Origin: Candidatus Altimarinota bacterium
Lineage (GTDB): Bacteria; Patescibacteriota; Gracilibacteria; CAIRYL01; GCA-016699755
DNA: 64,000 bases
NCBI GenBank assembly: GCA_963664295.1
Contig: OY760935.1
Location: 96,001-160,000 of the forward strand
Direction: 5' to 3'
This document shows positions 45,164-55,114 of this stretch, in pieces; the first letter of the stretch is position 1, and every line of letters starts with the position of its first letter. Below the pieces are notes generated by a model that saw only the letters and a program-made list of their open reading frames with translations, was not told the DNA's origin and did no database searches. The translations under genes and the position numbers were made by a program.

Positions 45164-46275
45164 TTATTTTCAATTTCTTTAAGCTTATCAATAGCAAAAT
45201 TATCAGTCATGCCAGCAATAAAATCTTTTATGCCAATTTCGTTTTTTTCAAATCCTTCTGGTAGTTGATCTAAATTATCTAAATAATAAAAAAATAATCT
45301 TTTTATTGTATGAGCGCCTTTTTCGCACTGACTTGCTACTAGATTATTGTGATAAAATCTGTCCATTAAAAGTTGTCTTAAGTAGCTATTTTCTTCTGCT
45401 AATTCCTTGGAAAAACTAATTATTCTTTTGCTTGCATTACGCACATCATCTGCACTTTTTGGGCTTAATTCACCAATATTTTGAGAGCTTTTTTGAAAAA
45501 CATCATGGATCATTATTTTAATTAAGGCAGAAACAACTGCAGAGATAAAGTTTTCTTCAGATAAATTGCCTGATACTTGTTCTTGTGCTTTGCGCCAAAG
45601 GCTAAGTTTATTTAAATCATCAAGCTCAAGTAAGCCACTTCTAAGTCCATCATCAATATCATGATTTTGAAAAGCAATTTCATCAGCCAAATCAACAATT
45701 TGTGCTTCTAAAAAAGGTTGTTCGGATAGTTTATGCTTGCTTTTGTCGTATGGTGTGCGGTGCTTCCATAGGCCCTCACGAACTTCATGGGTTAAGTTTA
45801 AGCCTAAAAAATTAGCAGATTTTTTTTCCAATTTTTCAACAATACGGCGTGATTGCGCATTGTGCTCAAAATCAAGACCAAAGCGGTGCATTAGCTCGTT
45901 CATAGCATCTTCGCCGGCGTGACCAAAAGGGGTGTGTCCAAGATCATGTGCAAGAGCAATACACTCAGTTAAATCTTCGTTTACTCTTAGTCCTCTGGCA
46001 ATAGCACAGGCAATTTGTGCAACTTCCAAAGAGTGGGTTAGTCTTGAGCGAAAATGATCACCATAGTGTGACACAAAAACCTGAGTTTTTCCTTTTAATC
46101 TGCGAAAGGCTTTGCAATGAAGCACCCTGTCTCGATCTCTTTGAAAATCCAGTCTATACAAATCGTGGTTTTCGTCATAATCTCTGCCTTTTGATTTAGC
46201 ATTAAAAATTGCATATGGTGCTAATCTTTTTAATTCCTCTTGCTCCAGTTCTTCTCTTGTTGCAATGATATTCAT
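45160..46275 (-). CDS. dgt: Deoxyguanosinetriphosphate triphosphohydrolase
   Basis: FQRDRDRV, FRRLKGKTQVF, RLTHSLEV, AHDLGHTPFGHAGE and D.IAGMTD motifs. Confidence 0.96.
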   Translation of the reverse strand: MNIIATREELEQEELKRLAPYAIFNAKSKGRDYDENHDLYRLDFQRDRDRVLHCKAFRRLKGKTQVFVSHYGDHFRSRLTHSLEVAQIACAIARGLRVNEDLTECIALAHDLGHTPFGHAGEDAMNELMHRFGLDFEHNAQSRRIVEKLEKKSANFLGLNLTHEVREGLWKHRTPYDKSKHKLSEQPFLEAQIVDLADEIAFQNHDIDDGLRSGLLELDDLNKLSLWRKAQEQVSGNLSEENFISAVVSALIKIMIHDVFQKSSQNIGELSPKSADDVRNASKRIISFSKELAEENSYLRQLLMDRFYHNNLVASQCEKGAHTIKRLFFYYLDNLDQLPEGFEKNEIGIKDFIAGMTDNFAIDKLKEIENK

Positions 46276-47063
46276 GATTTTTTAGTTATATATGGAAATT
46301 TTTCACACATTTCTTTTGCTGTGAAATTAGTTTTTTCTTTTTTTAATTCTTCGCCGGTTTTGCCCCAAAAATAAGCTCCAATTTGGCAAGCTTCAAAATT
46401 ATTTACTCCTTGGGCAATTAAGCCACCAACAATTCCGCTTAGTGCATCACCTGTGCCACCAACAGTCATTTCTGCGCAACCTGTTGTGTTTTCTACATAT
46501 TTATCTCTTTCTGTTATCCAGTCAATTTTTCCTTTTTTTAAAATTGTTATTCCGTATTGTTTAGACATTTTTTGCACATTTTCTTTTCTTGCCTGTGCCT
46601 TAAAAATTCTTTCAAACTCTATTTCGTGAGGAGTTATTGCAAAATTTTCCTTTTTTTTACTTTGAAGAATTTCCGGAATTAGTCCTTCAGCGTCAATAAC
46701 GCCTGGAAGTCGGATTTGATCAAGAAAATATTCAATTGCTTGAATTATTTTTTTATCATGTCCAATGCCATTGCCAATTACAAATCCATCACACATTTTA
46801 TGTGCAAAATTAAGCAAAAATGGCACATCAGCAGAGGTAAAAACAGGGTTTTGAAATTCATGAACAATAAAATTTTCACTTGCTTGTCTTGCTATTGGTG
46901 CATTTTTTTTTGGCATAGCGAGGAAAATAAGGTCGCAACCACTGGCTTGTGCTCCTAAACCTGCTAATATTGGTGCTCCGTGATAAAGTTCATTGCCTCC
47001 GATGATTAAGATTTTGCCATTTTCTCCTTTGTGTGAGTCCTGATTTCTTTGTGGGTATTTCAT
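46272..47063 (-). CDS. nnrD: ADP-dependent NAD(P)H-hydrate dehydratase
   Basis: SHKGENGKILIIGG..Y.GAP, IGNGIG, VIDA, TPH..EF.R and GGTGDALSG motifs. Confidence 0.93.
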   Translation of the reverse strand: MKYPQRNQDSHKGENGKILIIGGNELYHGAPILAGLGAQASGCDLIFLAMPKKNAPIARQASENFIVHEFQNPVFTSADVPFLLNFAHKMCDGFVIGNGIGHDKKIIQAIEYFLDQIRLPGVIDAEGLIPEILQSKKKENFAITPHEIEFERIFKAQARKENVQKMSKQYGITILKKGKIDWITERDKYVENTTGCAEMTVGGTGDALSGIVGGLIAQGVNNFEACQIGAYFWGKTGEELKKEKTNFTAKEMCEKFPYITKKS

Positions 47064-47127
47064 TTTTGTTGCATGAATAAGCTAATTTTAATGAATTTTT
47101 CTTTTTTTCTCAATTATATTTTATTTT

Positions 47128-47163
47128 TGTATTACTGTACCGGTACACTAATACAGTAATACA
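47128..47163. promoter_or_regulatory. Perfect 12-bp inverted repeat (operator-like)
   Basis: TGTATTACTGTA-N12-TACAGTAATACA upstream of nnrD. Confidence 0.4.
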
Positions 47164-47228
47164 TTTTTAATGTTGATTATTTGGCTTTATATAGGGCAAT
47201 GAATTTTTTTTAATTGTTTTTATTTTTT

Positions 47229-47782
47229 TGTTATTGCAAGGGATTTGCTTAGGCGGACGACGAAGCAGGTTATTTTTTTGTCTTAAGTGTTTTTTTGTCA
47301 CTTTGAGCCCTCTTTCTCTGTCATCCTGAGTGAGCCTGTACTCTGTCATTCTGCCCCTTTTTTTTCTGTCATCCTGAATCCACCCAGGCGGACGCAAGCG
47401 CTCGATTCAGGATCTCCCGTAGTCATTACTGTTGAATTACCTAAGGCAGGACTTGAGCAAATGGACAAGGAGATTCTTCGCTCCATTTCATTCCGCTCAG
47501 AATGACAGCAAGGGTGGATTGTCGCATCCTCCGTTTTTGGCTTCATCCTCACGACACCTCCCGAGATTGCGGATCAAGCCCACAATGACAGCAAGGGTGG
47601 ATTGTCGCATCATCCGCTTTTGGCTTCATCCTCACGACACCTCCCGAGATTGCGGGTCAAGCCCGCAATGACACCCCAAAAAAATCCACAATGACACCTT
47701 CTGCCTCCCGAGATTGCGGATCAAGCCCACAATGACACCCCAAAAAGCCCGCAATGACATCCTAAAAAAATCCACAATAACA
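47229..47782. repeat. Cluster of TGTCA/TGACA-tagged REP-like palindromes, including an 83-bp tandem duplication
   Basis: Left units start with TGTCA(T)..G (47296, 47319, 47344, 47367). Right units read GAGATT...AATGACA (47470, 47563, 47646, 47710). 47501-47583 is repeated at 47584. Confidence 0.85.
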
Positions 47783-47885
47783 GAGTAGAGCGAATTATTA
47801 GTTATAGTAAGTAGATTTTTTTATGCTTTTTTGCGAAAAATTAACAAGCAGTGGTATAGTAGGCATAAATTATAAATTGATAATA

Positions 47886-48626
47886 ATGCCAGAAGACAAG
47901 GCAATAAAAGGCAAAATACATTCTTTTGAATCTTTTGGCACGCTTGATGGCCCAGGAATAAGATTAGTTGTTTTTATGTCTGGCTGTCCGCTTAGGTGTA
48001 AATATTGTCACAATATTGATGTTGTCTTAGATAAAAATTCACCAAGTTATATTCCTGAAGAAATAATTAAAAAAATATTAAAAAATAAGCCTTATCTTGA
48101 TGCTAGTGGAGGTGGAGTGACTTTATCCGGTGGTGATCCTGTTTTTCAGCCTGAATTTTTGAAGGAATTTTTAAAATTATGCAAAGAAAATAATGTTCAC
48201 ACAGCAGTGGATACATCCCTTTATACAAGCAAAAAGCTGATTGACGATATTTTGCCATATACAGATTTGTTTATGGTTAGCTTAAAGCATTTTGACACTA
48301 AAAAACACAGATGGCTAACCGGAGTTCCAAATGAACAAATCCTTGAAAATATTCATTATTTGAGCGAAAAAAAAGCCAGAATATGGCTTCGTTATCTTGT
48401 TTTACCTGGCATTACTGATACAGCAGAAAATTTACAAGCTCTAATTAGTTTTTGTAAAAAAATTAATTTTGAGCTCATTGAAATTTTAGCCTATCACAAA
48501 ATGGGCGTAAGCAAGTGGCAAGACTTAGGCTTGCAATACGAGCTTAATGATGTGCCTATCCCAAAAAAGGAAGAAATTGAAAAAATTAAAGACTTGATTC
48601 AGAAGGAAGGCTTTCAGATTGTCTAG
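47886..48626 (+). CDS. pflA: Pyruvate formate-lyase activating enzyme (radical SAM)
   Basis: GKIHSFESFGTLDGPGIR.VVF..GCPLRCKYCHN, GGGVTLSGGDP and HTAVDTS motifs. Confidence 0.93.
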   Translation: MPEDKAIKGKIHSFESFGTLDGPGIRLVVFMSGCPLRCKYCHNIDVVLDKNSPSYIPEEIIKKILKNKPYLDASGGGVTLSGGDPVFQPEFLKEFLKLCKENNVHTAVDTSLYTSKKLIDDILPYTDLFMVSLKHFDTKKHRWLTGVPNEQILENIHYLSEKKARIWLRYLVLPGITDTAENLQALISFCKKINFELIEILAYHKMGVSKWQDLGLQYELNDVPIPKKEEIEKIKDLIQKEGFQIV

Positions 48627-49368
48627 TTTGCATATCTTCTAGCGCCCAAGAAATCACACCTAAACAACCTTCTGAAAATGATTTGGCGTTTTCGCATAAT
48701 TTACCCGCATCAGTATTATCTTTGATTGAGTTTTTATAGTCAGTTATTGTTTGTAAATGAGAAAGTAATGAGGCAATTTTTAGCTCCACTTCTGATAAGG
48801 TTTCGTTTTTTTGCATTTTTTTCTTTATTGTATCAATTTCTAAGTCATCACTTGATAATTCACTAATGGCTGTCTTAAGTTTTTTTTCTAAAAAATCTAG
48901 GAGTTTTTTATATTCTTGGAAAAATGTCTCTTTTGCTCTTGTTAATAATTTTTCATGGACTTTGATAGTAGTAGTATTTTCTTCATTTCCTTCTTCTTGT
49001 TCAAATTCAAATATCACTCTTTCAGTTTCTCTTATTTGCAAATAAGCCCTATATAAATCGTTATAAATTTTTACATTTTGTAGCTCATGATCTAATCCCT
49101 CTTCATAGCGGGTTTGTAATATTCTTAAAATCCTACTAATTCCTGCTTGCATACCCCCAATTTCAAAAAATAAAACATTTAAAGCAGTTGGTTTTTCTTC
49201 TGAAAAATCTACTCCTGTTAATTTAGAGATTTTCATTTTTAATTCACTTGTTGCTTTATCAAGGATTTGCTCTAGCTGAGGGGTGTCTTTGGCTTTTTGT
49301 TGTTCCGCCATTTCTTTTGCTGTTGCCATTAAGTCTTTTTTATCTTTTAGTGATCCTATTTGAGACAT
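48586..49368 (-). CDS. Hypothetical helical protein
   Basis: 260-aa ORF in a co-directional orphan cluster. Confidence 0.7.
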   Translation of the reverse strand: MSQIGSLKDKKDLMATAKEMAEQQKAKDTPQLEQILDKATSELKMKISKLTGVDFSEEKPTALNVLFFEIGGMQAGISRILRILQTRYEEGLDHELQNVKIYNDLYRAYLQIRETERVIFEFEQEEGNEENTTTIKVHEKLLTRAKETFFQEYKKLLDFLEKKLKTAISELSSDDLEIDTIKKKMQKNETLSEVELKIASLLSHLQTITDYKNSIKDNTDAGKLCENAKSFSEGCLGVISWALEDMQTRQSESLPSESSL

Positions 49369-49385
49369 ATTTTTTTGATAAAATT

Positions 49386-49964
49386 TTAATCTAAACTTCT
49401 TTGCTCAGTAAGTCCGGCAAGTATCATAATTTTTGGCTGAATTTCTTTGAGTATTGCAAGGAAAACTTTTAATTCAGTTATGGCTTTTTCTTTGTCTTCC
49501 CCGTTTTTCATATAGGCTGTATTAACTAAATGAATTAGTGCAGTATCAAAAGCACTTGACGTATCAGAAGCCTCTTTTGTTCTTTGTTTTAATATTTTTA
49601 AAGCAGGGTCATCTTGATCTATGTCTACTGAATCTAAAATTTGTATTATTTTATCTGCTGTTAATATTTCACCAGGATAGCTTGCTTTCATAATAGCAGA
49701 CATTATTTTTTGTGTATCTTGAGGTCCATTTTCCTTTGCATGTTCCGTCGCTATATTTTGACCAAACATTAAGATGTCTCTTTGGTTTGTGCTTAGGGGG
49801 TTTTTTCTTTGTTCTATGTGTAGTATTGATTGGCAGGTTTTCGCTCTTGTTTGAACAATGTTTACTGCAAGTTTTTCTGGTAAAGTTTCTTTGTTTTTTT
49901 CTGCTTTTCTAAGGGCATTTTCTAGAATTTGTTTATAGTCTTTGCTAAGTGTAAGGGGTGTCAT
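49386..49964 (-). CDS. Hypothetical protein, paralog of 49979-50644
   Basis: Shares A..HA..N.P, GE.LT...I, D.A..HL and ELKV.L.I with its neighbour. Confidence 0.72.
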   Translation of the reverse strand: MTPLTLSKDYKQILENALRKAEKNKETLPEKLAVNIVQTRAKTCQSILHIEQRKNPLSTNQRDILMFGQNIATEHAKENGPQDTQKIMSAIMKASYPGEILTADKIIQILDSVDIDQDDPALKILKQRTKEASDTSSAFDTALIHLVNTAYMKNGEDKEKAITELKVFLAILKEIQPKIMILAGLTEQRSLD

Positions 49965-49978
49965 TTTTGTTTAAAAAA

Positions 49979-50644
49979 TTATTTTTTAAGTGTGTTAATT
50001 ATCTTTATTGTTTCTTGGGCTTCATAATTAGCCTGTTGAATAATCGAAAGAATTACTTTTAATTCATATAGTATAACACTGTCCTCTGGTGAATTGTTGT
50101 CATCTAGACCTATTGTGCCTGCTAAGTGCAACATGGCTACATCAAGAAAATTTGCATCACTACTTGGTGTCAATTTTTGCAATTCTTCTTTAATAGTCAT
50201 AACGCCAGGATCAGCTGGGTTAAAGTTTTGTTCTGATAATTGTTTTAATATACTGCCAATTGTTAATTTTTCACCACGGTTTTTTGTTTTCATTAACCAT
50301 GTAATCAGCTCTCTGGTTTTTTCGGGAGCATTGTATTGGGCGTGTGCTGTTGCTAGAGACTCTGCCAAACTAAGTAATGATAAATATAGTATTTGGTGAT
50401 GACTTTTCTGTGCTTCATTAACTATTTTTGCCATTTTTATCCTATTTTGATCAATTAGTTCTATTATTTTTACTGGTGATTTTTCAGGATTTTTGCTTGC
50501 TTCTTCTTCTGCTGATTGATCAATTGCTTTTTTTAAATGAACTTGTTCTGTTGATGGACATTCTTCATGGTGCATTAAGCGCTTTAATGCTAGTATGGGC
50601 ATTTTTTGAGACTTATCCGCAATTGGTGTATTAAGGGGTTTCAT
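49979..50644 (-). CDS. Hypothetical protein, paralog of 49386-49964
   Basis: 221-aa ORF with the same shared motifs. Confidence 0.72.
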   Translation of the reverse strand: MKPLNTPIADKSQKMPILALKRLMHHEECPSTEQVHLKKAIDQSAEEEASKNPEKSPVKIIELIDQNRIKMAKIVNEAQKSHHQILYLSLLSLAESLATAHAQYNAPEKTRELITWLMKTKNRGEKLTIGSILKQLSEQNFNPADPGVMTIKEELQKLTPSSDANFLDVAMLHLAGTIGLDDNNSPEDSVILYELKVILSIIQQANYEAQETIKIINTLKK

Positions 50645-50762
50645 TTTAGGGGAAATTTATAGTACTAAAATCTAGAACATTATTAGTAATATTGTCAATA
50701 TACTTTTTTTATGATTTTTGCCGTGATTTTTTTTGTGTTTTGTGGCATAATAAATAAAAAAC

Positions 50763-52856
50763 ATGGAAAAACTTTTTGAGCCAAAATCAATCGTACTAAT
50801 TGGGGCTTCTGCTACTCCTGGCAAGTTGGGTTTTGATATTCTTGAAAATTTGGTTGAGTCTGATTATAAAGGTAAGATTTACCCTCTTAATCCAAAAGGT
50901 GGGGAGATTTTAGGTAAAAAAGTTTACAAAAAAATTGTGGATTTACCAAAAAATATTGATTTAGCTGTTGTTGCTGTTCCTGCTCAGTTTGTTGGTCAAG
51001 TTGTAGAAGAATGTGGACAAAAAAACATAAAAAATATTGTGATTATTTCTGCTGGATTTAAAGAAGTTGGCGGAGAAGGTGCAGAAAGAGAAGAGGAATT
51101 AAAAAAATTGATAGAAAAATATGATTTAAATTTAATTGGACCAAATTGTTTAGGAATATTAAATACTCATATTGACCTTAATGCTTCTTTTGCTGAGGGT
51201 ATGCCAAAAAAAGGCAAGATTGCTTTACTTTCGCAGTCTGGAGCAATGGCTGTGGCAATTGCAGACTGGGCATATGGTGAAAATATTGGTTTTAGCAAAA
51301 TAGTTTCCATGGGAAATAAAGCAGGAGTTGATGAAAATAAGCTTTTAGAATACCTTGAAAACGATAAGGAAACCGAGGTTATTATGATGTATTTGGAAAG
51401 TTTTGTAGATGGAGAAGAGTTTATGAAACAAGCACAAAAATTAGCACAAAAAAAACCAATAATAGTACTTAAGTCAGGCGTTTCTGATGCTGGTTCAAGT
51501 GCAGTAGCTTCACACACAGGAGCATTGGCAGGCTCAGATAAGGCAACAGAAACAGCATTAAGGCAATCTGGCATTATTCGTGCTAATTGTATTGAGTCCT
51601 TTTTTGATTATGCTCGTGTTTTTAGTATGCAGAAATTGCCAAAAGGCAATAAAGTAGCCATTATTACCAATGCGGGAGGTCCAGGCGTAATAACAACAGA
51701 CACAATCGAGCAATCAGATTTTCTAGAAATTGCTGAATTAGCAGAAAAGACAAAAAAACAACTCAAAAAAGACTTGCCAACTACAGCAAATACACACAAT
51801 CCAGTTGATGTTATTGGTGATGCTTTAGCAGATAGATATGAAAAAGCTTTAAGCTCTGTTTTGACTGACGACGGTGTGGACATGGTGATCACAATTCTCA
51901 CACCGCAGATAATGACAGAAAAAGAAAAGACAGCACGAATTTTGGCAAATTTTAATGATTTGTATCCAGATAAGCCACTTTTTGCCTCTTTTATTGGTGG
52001 AAAAAATATTGAATATGCTTCAGAAAAATTAGCAGAATACGGAGTGCCAAATTTTGTTTATCCATCGCGGGCAATAGGTGCAATGGAGGCAATGGTAAAG
52101 TTAAAAAATTGGCGTGAACAGAAAAAAGTTTGCACAATTAAAATTCAAAACAAAGCACCAGTTGACTTAAGAGAAAAAGTAAAAAAAGCCATAAAAACTG
52201 GAGATAGAGCTCTGCCACAAAAATTAGTATCAGAAATTTTTATTCATTATGGAATTTCTGTGCCACAAATAAAATTAGCAAAAAATGCTAAGCAAGCAGT
52301 GGAAGAAGCTGATAAAATAGGTTATCCGGTTGTTATGAAAATTTGTTCTGATGATGTTTTACATAAAACTGATGCTGGTGGTGTGCGCTTGAGCGTGAAA
52401 AATGCCCAAGAAGTTAAGGAAGCATACGAACAAATTATGAAAAATGTTTTAGGAAAGTTTCCAAAAGCCCATATTAAAGGAATTTTGGTGCAAAAAATGT
52501 ATCATGTGGGCAGGGAGGTTATTGTTGGCATGAAGCGAGATCCTGTTTTTGGCCCTTTGATTATGTTTGGTCTTGGTGGGATTTATGTTGAGGTGATGAA
52601 AGATGTTTCTTTTCGAGTTGCTCCTTTTTCGGAATGTGATGCTTTGGAGATGATCGAAGAAATCAGGGCAGTGAAATTGCTCAAGGGTGTGCGCGGGCAA
52701 GCTCCTGCTGATATCAAAAAACTTTCTGAAGCTGTTTTGGCTGTTAGTCGCTTTGCTTTGGATTTTCCGGAAATTAAGGAAATGGACATCAATCCTTTGA
52801 TGGTTTTTGATGAGGGCGAGGGCGCTGTGGCTTTGGATTCAAGGGTTTTGGTTTAG
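50763..52856 (+). CDS. Acetate--CoA ligase (ADP-forming), fused alpha/beta
   Basis: LFEPKSIVLIGAS, IGPNCLG, SQSGA, ASHTGALAG (phospho-His), NPVD, HKTDAGGV and EMDINPL motifs. Confidence 0.95.
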   Translation: MEKLFEPKSIVLIGASATPGKLGFDILENLVESDYKGKIYPLNPKGGEILGKKVYKKIVDLPKNIDLAVVAVPAQFVGQVVEECGQKNIKNIVIISAGFKEVGGEGAEREEELKKLIEKYDLNLIGPNCLGILNTHIDLNASFAEGMPKKGKIALLSQSGAMAVAIADWAYGENIGFSKIVSMGNKAGVDENKLLEYLENDKETEVIMMYLESFVDGEEFMKQAQKLAQKKPIIVLKSGVSDAGSSAVASHTGALAGSDKATETALRQSGIIRANCIESFFDYARVFSMQKLPKGNKVAIITNAGGPGVITTDTIEQSDFLEIAELAEKTKKQLKKDLPTTANTHNPVDVIGDALADRYEKALSSVLTDDGVDMVITILTPQIMTEKEKTARILANFNDLYPDKPLFASFIGGKNIEYASEKLAEYGVPNFVYPSRAIGAMEAMVKLKNWREQKKVCTIKIQNKAPVDLREKVKKAIKTGDRALPQKLVSEIFIHYGISVPQIKLAKNAKQAVEEADKIGYPVVMKICSDDVLHKTDAGGVRLSVKNAQEVKEAYEQIMKNVLGKFPKAHIKGILVQKMYHVGREVIVGMKRDPVFGPLIMFGLGGIYVEVMKDVSFRVAPFSECDALEMIEEIRAVKLLKGVRGQAPADIKKLSEAVLAVSRFALDFPEIKEMDINPLMVFDEGEGAVALDSRVLV

Positions 52857-52873
52857 GTTGGACTTAAATTAAA

Positions 52874-52910
52874 AATAAAATCCTCTAATTTTATAATAGA
52901 GGATTTTATT
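52874..52910. terminator. Bidirectional terminator
   Basis: AATAAAATCCTCTA-N9-TAGAGGATTTTATT between convergent genes. Confidence 0.7.
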
Positions 52911-52936
52911 AAAATACAGTAATAATTTTAATGTTT

Positions 52937-53362
52937 TTAAATTTCAGGATTTTCGTTAATTTCTATATTGCCAATATTTGTTTCTTCAAGAAGATTGTTG
53001 TCTGTTGAAAATGTTCGTATTACCAAAGGACCATTACATGCCGATAAATCAACGTTGTTAAAAATATAATCATTGTCATGTGGATGATCTTTTGTAAAAA
53101 CTACTGATTGACCACTAGGAAAGACAAATTCAACTTGAACTACTTCAGCAGGAGTGTCCACAGTAAAATGTGCAGCTTCTCCAGTATGTAGTTCGTTAGG
53201 AATGTTTATCGGATTAATGGCTGCTACATCCATTTCCTTCATAAGACTGTCTACATACTTTTTTTCTTCTTCATTTACAGCTTCTATATCAAAGTCATTA
53301 TCCGAAGGATCAACTTCAGAAGTATGAGGAATAAAGTTTTTTGATTCTTCCATATTATTCAT
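52937..53362 (-). CDS. Hypothetical acidic protein
   Basis: 141-aa ORF with a beta-rich C-terminal half, downstream of hydA. Confidence 0.65.
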   Translation of the reverse strand: MNNMEESKNFIPHTSEVDPSDNDFDIEAVNEEEKKYVDSLMKEMDVAAINPINIPNELHTGEAAHFTVDTPAEVVQVEFVFPSGQSVVFTKDHPHDNDYIFNNVDLSACNGPLVIRTFSTDNNLLEETNIGNIEINENPEI

Positions 53363-53410
53363 ATTATTTTTTAAAATTTTTTTATATTATAAATTATTTT
53401 ATATTTCTTG

Positions 53411-55114
53411 TCAAGAAAACTTTTCCTTCTTGCTGTAATCTGTATATAGCAAAGAATTACGCTTTTTCTTGCTTTGTTTTTTTGCGTATTCCATAAACTC
53501 CAGTGCTACTGGGTTTTCATGTGCCTGACGCATTTTTAAATTACGGTCAATTTGATATAAACCTGCTATTCTTTTTTTCACAATTTCACTAGTGGAGGGG
53601 ATTGGTTGACCACCACCGCCAATGCAACCGCCAGGGCAAGCCATTACCTCAATGTAATCATAGGCTTTTGGGTCTTTTTTTAATTCATCGATTATTTTGC
53701 GAACGTTTTTTGCAGTGGCAACAACAGCTACTTTTAGCTTTAGTTTGCCAATTTTTATTTCTGCTTTTTTTACTCCTTTCATTCCACGAACTTCTTTTAG
53801 ATCCAAATTTTTCATTGGTTTTCCTGTGATCATGAAATGGGCTGTTCTTAGCGCTGATTCCATCACTCCGCCTGATGCACCATAAATAGCGGCCGCACCA
53901 GAATATGTGCCATATGTGTCCACTTCAGATTCTTTTAATTTTGTTGGATTGATTTTGTGTTTTCTTAGTAAATTGGCCAGTTCGCGAGTTGTGAGCACAT
54001 AATCAACAGGTTTTAAGCCATTTATGAATAATTTTTCATGTTGCGCTTCATATTTTTTTGATGTGCAAGGCATTACAGAAACCACCACAATTTTTTTTGG
54101 ATTTATGCCTTCTTTTTCTGCCCACCAGGTTTTATATGCTCCGCCAGAATGAATTTGTGGAGAGCGGGAAGTGGTTAAGTTTGGAATTAGCTCTGGATGA
54201 TAGAATTCTAAAAATTTTACCCAACCTGGACAACAAGAGGTAAACATTGGCATTGTTCCACCTTTAACTATTCTTTCTATTAGCTCTTCAGCTTCGACCA
54301 TTGTGGTTATATCTGCGCCCATGTTGACATCAAAAACTTTGTCAAAGCCAAGCTCTCGATAGGCACTATATAATTTTTTGGTTAAATCTTTGCCATATTC
54401 TTCGCCAAATTCTTCTCCTATGCTTGCACGCACTGATGGTGCTGTTTGCACGATTACTATTTTATTTTTATTTTTTAAAGCTTTTTCAACTTGTTCGATA
54501 TGGCTTTGTTCTCGTATTGCGCCAACAGGGCAGTGTACTGTGCATTGTCCGCAATAAATACAATCTACTTTTGGGTCTTTGTTGTAATCTATGCGGGTTT
54601 TTGAGTCGTGTCCGGATAATTGCAAAAAACAAGTACCGAGTTTTTCACACATTTCCACACATTTATTGCAATTTATGCAAAGCGCTGGATCAAACTCCGC
54701 GGCAGTTCCTAGTTTGTGAATTTTTCTTTTTGGATTATCTCTTTGATATTTTTTGCCTGTTATGCCGTATTTTTTCATTATTTCCCAGGTTTCGCAATAT
54801 AGACCTCTTGTGCACTTTGGACATTTTTCTCTATGACCTGCAAGGAGTAATTCCATGTTTTCTTTGCGGAGTTTTTTTACTTTTACTGTGTCTAGTTTTA
54901 TTTTTAATCCATCTTCTGCTTTTAGTGTGCAGGAAGTTGTTATGCTTTTTTCGGTTTCAACTAAACAAGTTCGACAGCTTGCTCCGGTTGGTAAGTCATC
55001 ATGATGGCAAAAATGTGGTATATCTAAGCCATTTCTGAGTGCAACTTGCAAAACACTTTCATCTGTTTTTGCTTGATATGCTTTGCCATTTATGTAAATT
55101 GTTATTTTTTTCAT
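53411..55114 (-). CDS. hydA: [FeFe]-hydrogenase catalytic subunit, group A (2Fe-2S, His-ligated 4Fe-4S, 2x4Fe-4S, H-domain)
   Basis: H-cluster motifs FTSCCPGW, VMPCTSKKYEA and IEVMACPGGCIGGGGQP. Accessory clusters IPHFC...CRTC...TSC, H...CPKC....C, CINCNKC...C and CIYCGQC...CP. Confidence 0.96.
   Translation of the reverse strand: MKKITIYINGKAYQAKTDESVLQVALRNGLDIPHFCHHDDLPTGASCRTCLVETEKSITTSCTLKAEDGLKIKLDTVKVKKLRKENMELLLAGHREKCPKCTRGLYCETWEIMKKYGITGKKYQRDNPKRKIHKLGTAAEFDPALCINCNKCVEMCEKLGTCFLQLSGHDSKTRIDYNKDPKVDCIYCGQCTVHCPVGAIREQSHIEQVEKALKNKNKIVIVQTAPSVRASIGEEFGEEYGKDLTKKLYSAYRELGFDKVFDVNMGADITTMVEAEELIERIVKGGTMPMFTSCCPGWVKFLEFYHPELIPNLTTSRSPQIHSGGAYKTWWAEKEGINPKKIVVVSVMPCTSKKYEAQHEKLFINGLKPVDYVLTTRELANLLRKHKINPTKLKESEVDTYGTYSGAAAIYGASGGVMESALRTAHFMITGKPMKNLDLKEVRGMKGVKKAEIKIGKLKLKVAVVATAKNVRKIIDELKKDPKAYDYIEVMACPGGCIGGGGQPIPSTSEIVKKRIAGLYQIDRNLKMRQAHENPVALEFMEYAKKQSKKKRNSLLYTDYSKKEKFS

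Noticed and set aside
47167-47671. Four overlapping short ORFs
   Set aside because: They are translations of REP-like palindromes on both strands with no protein-like features.
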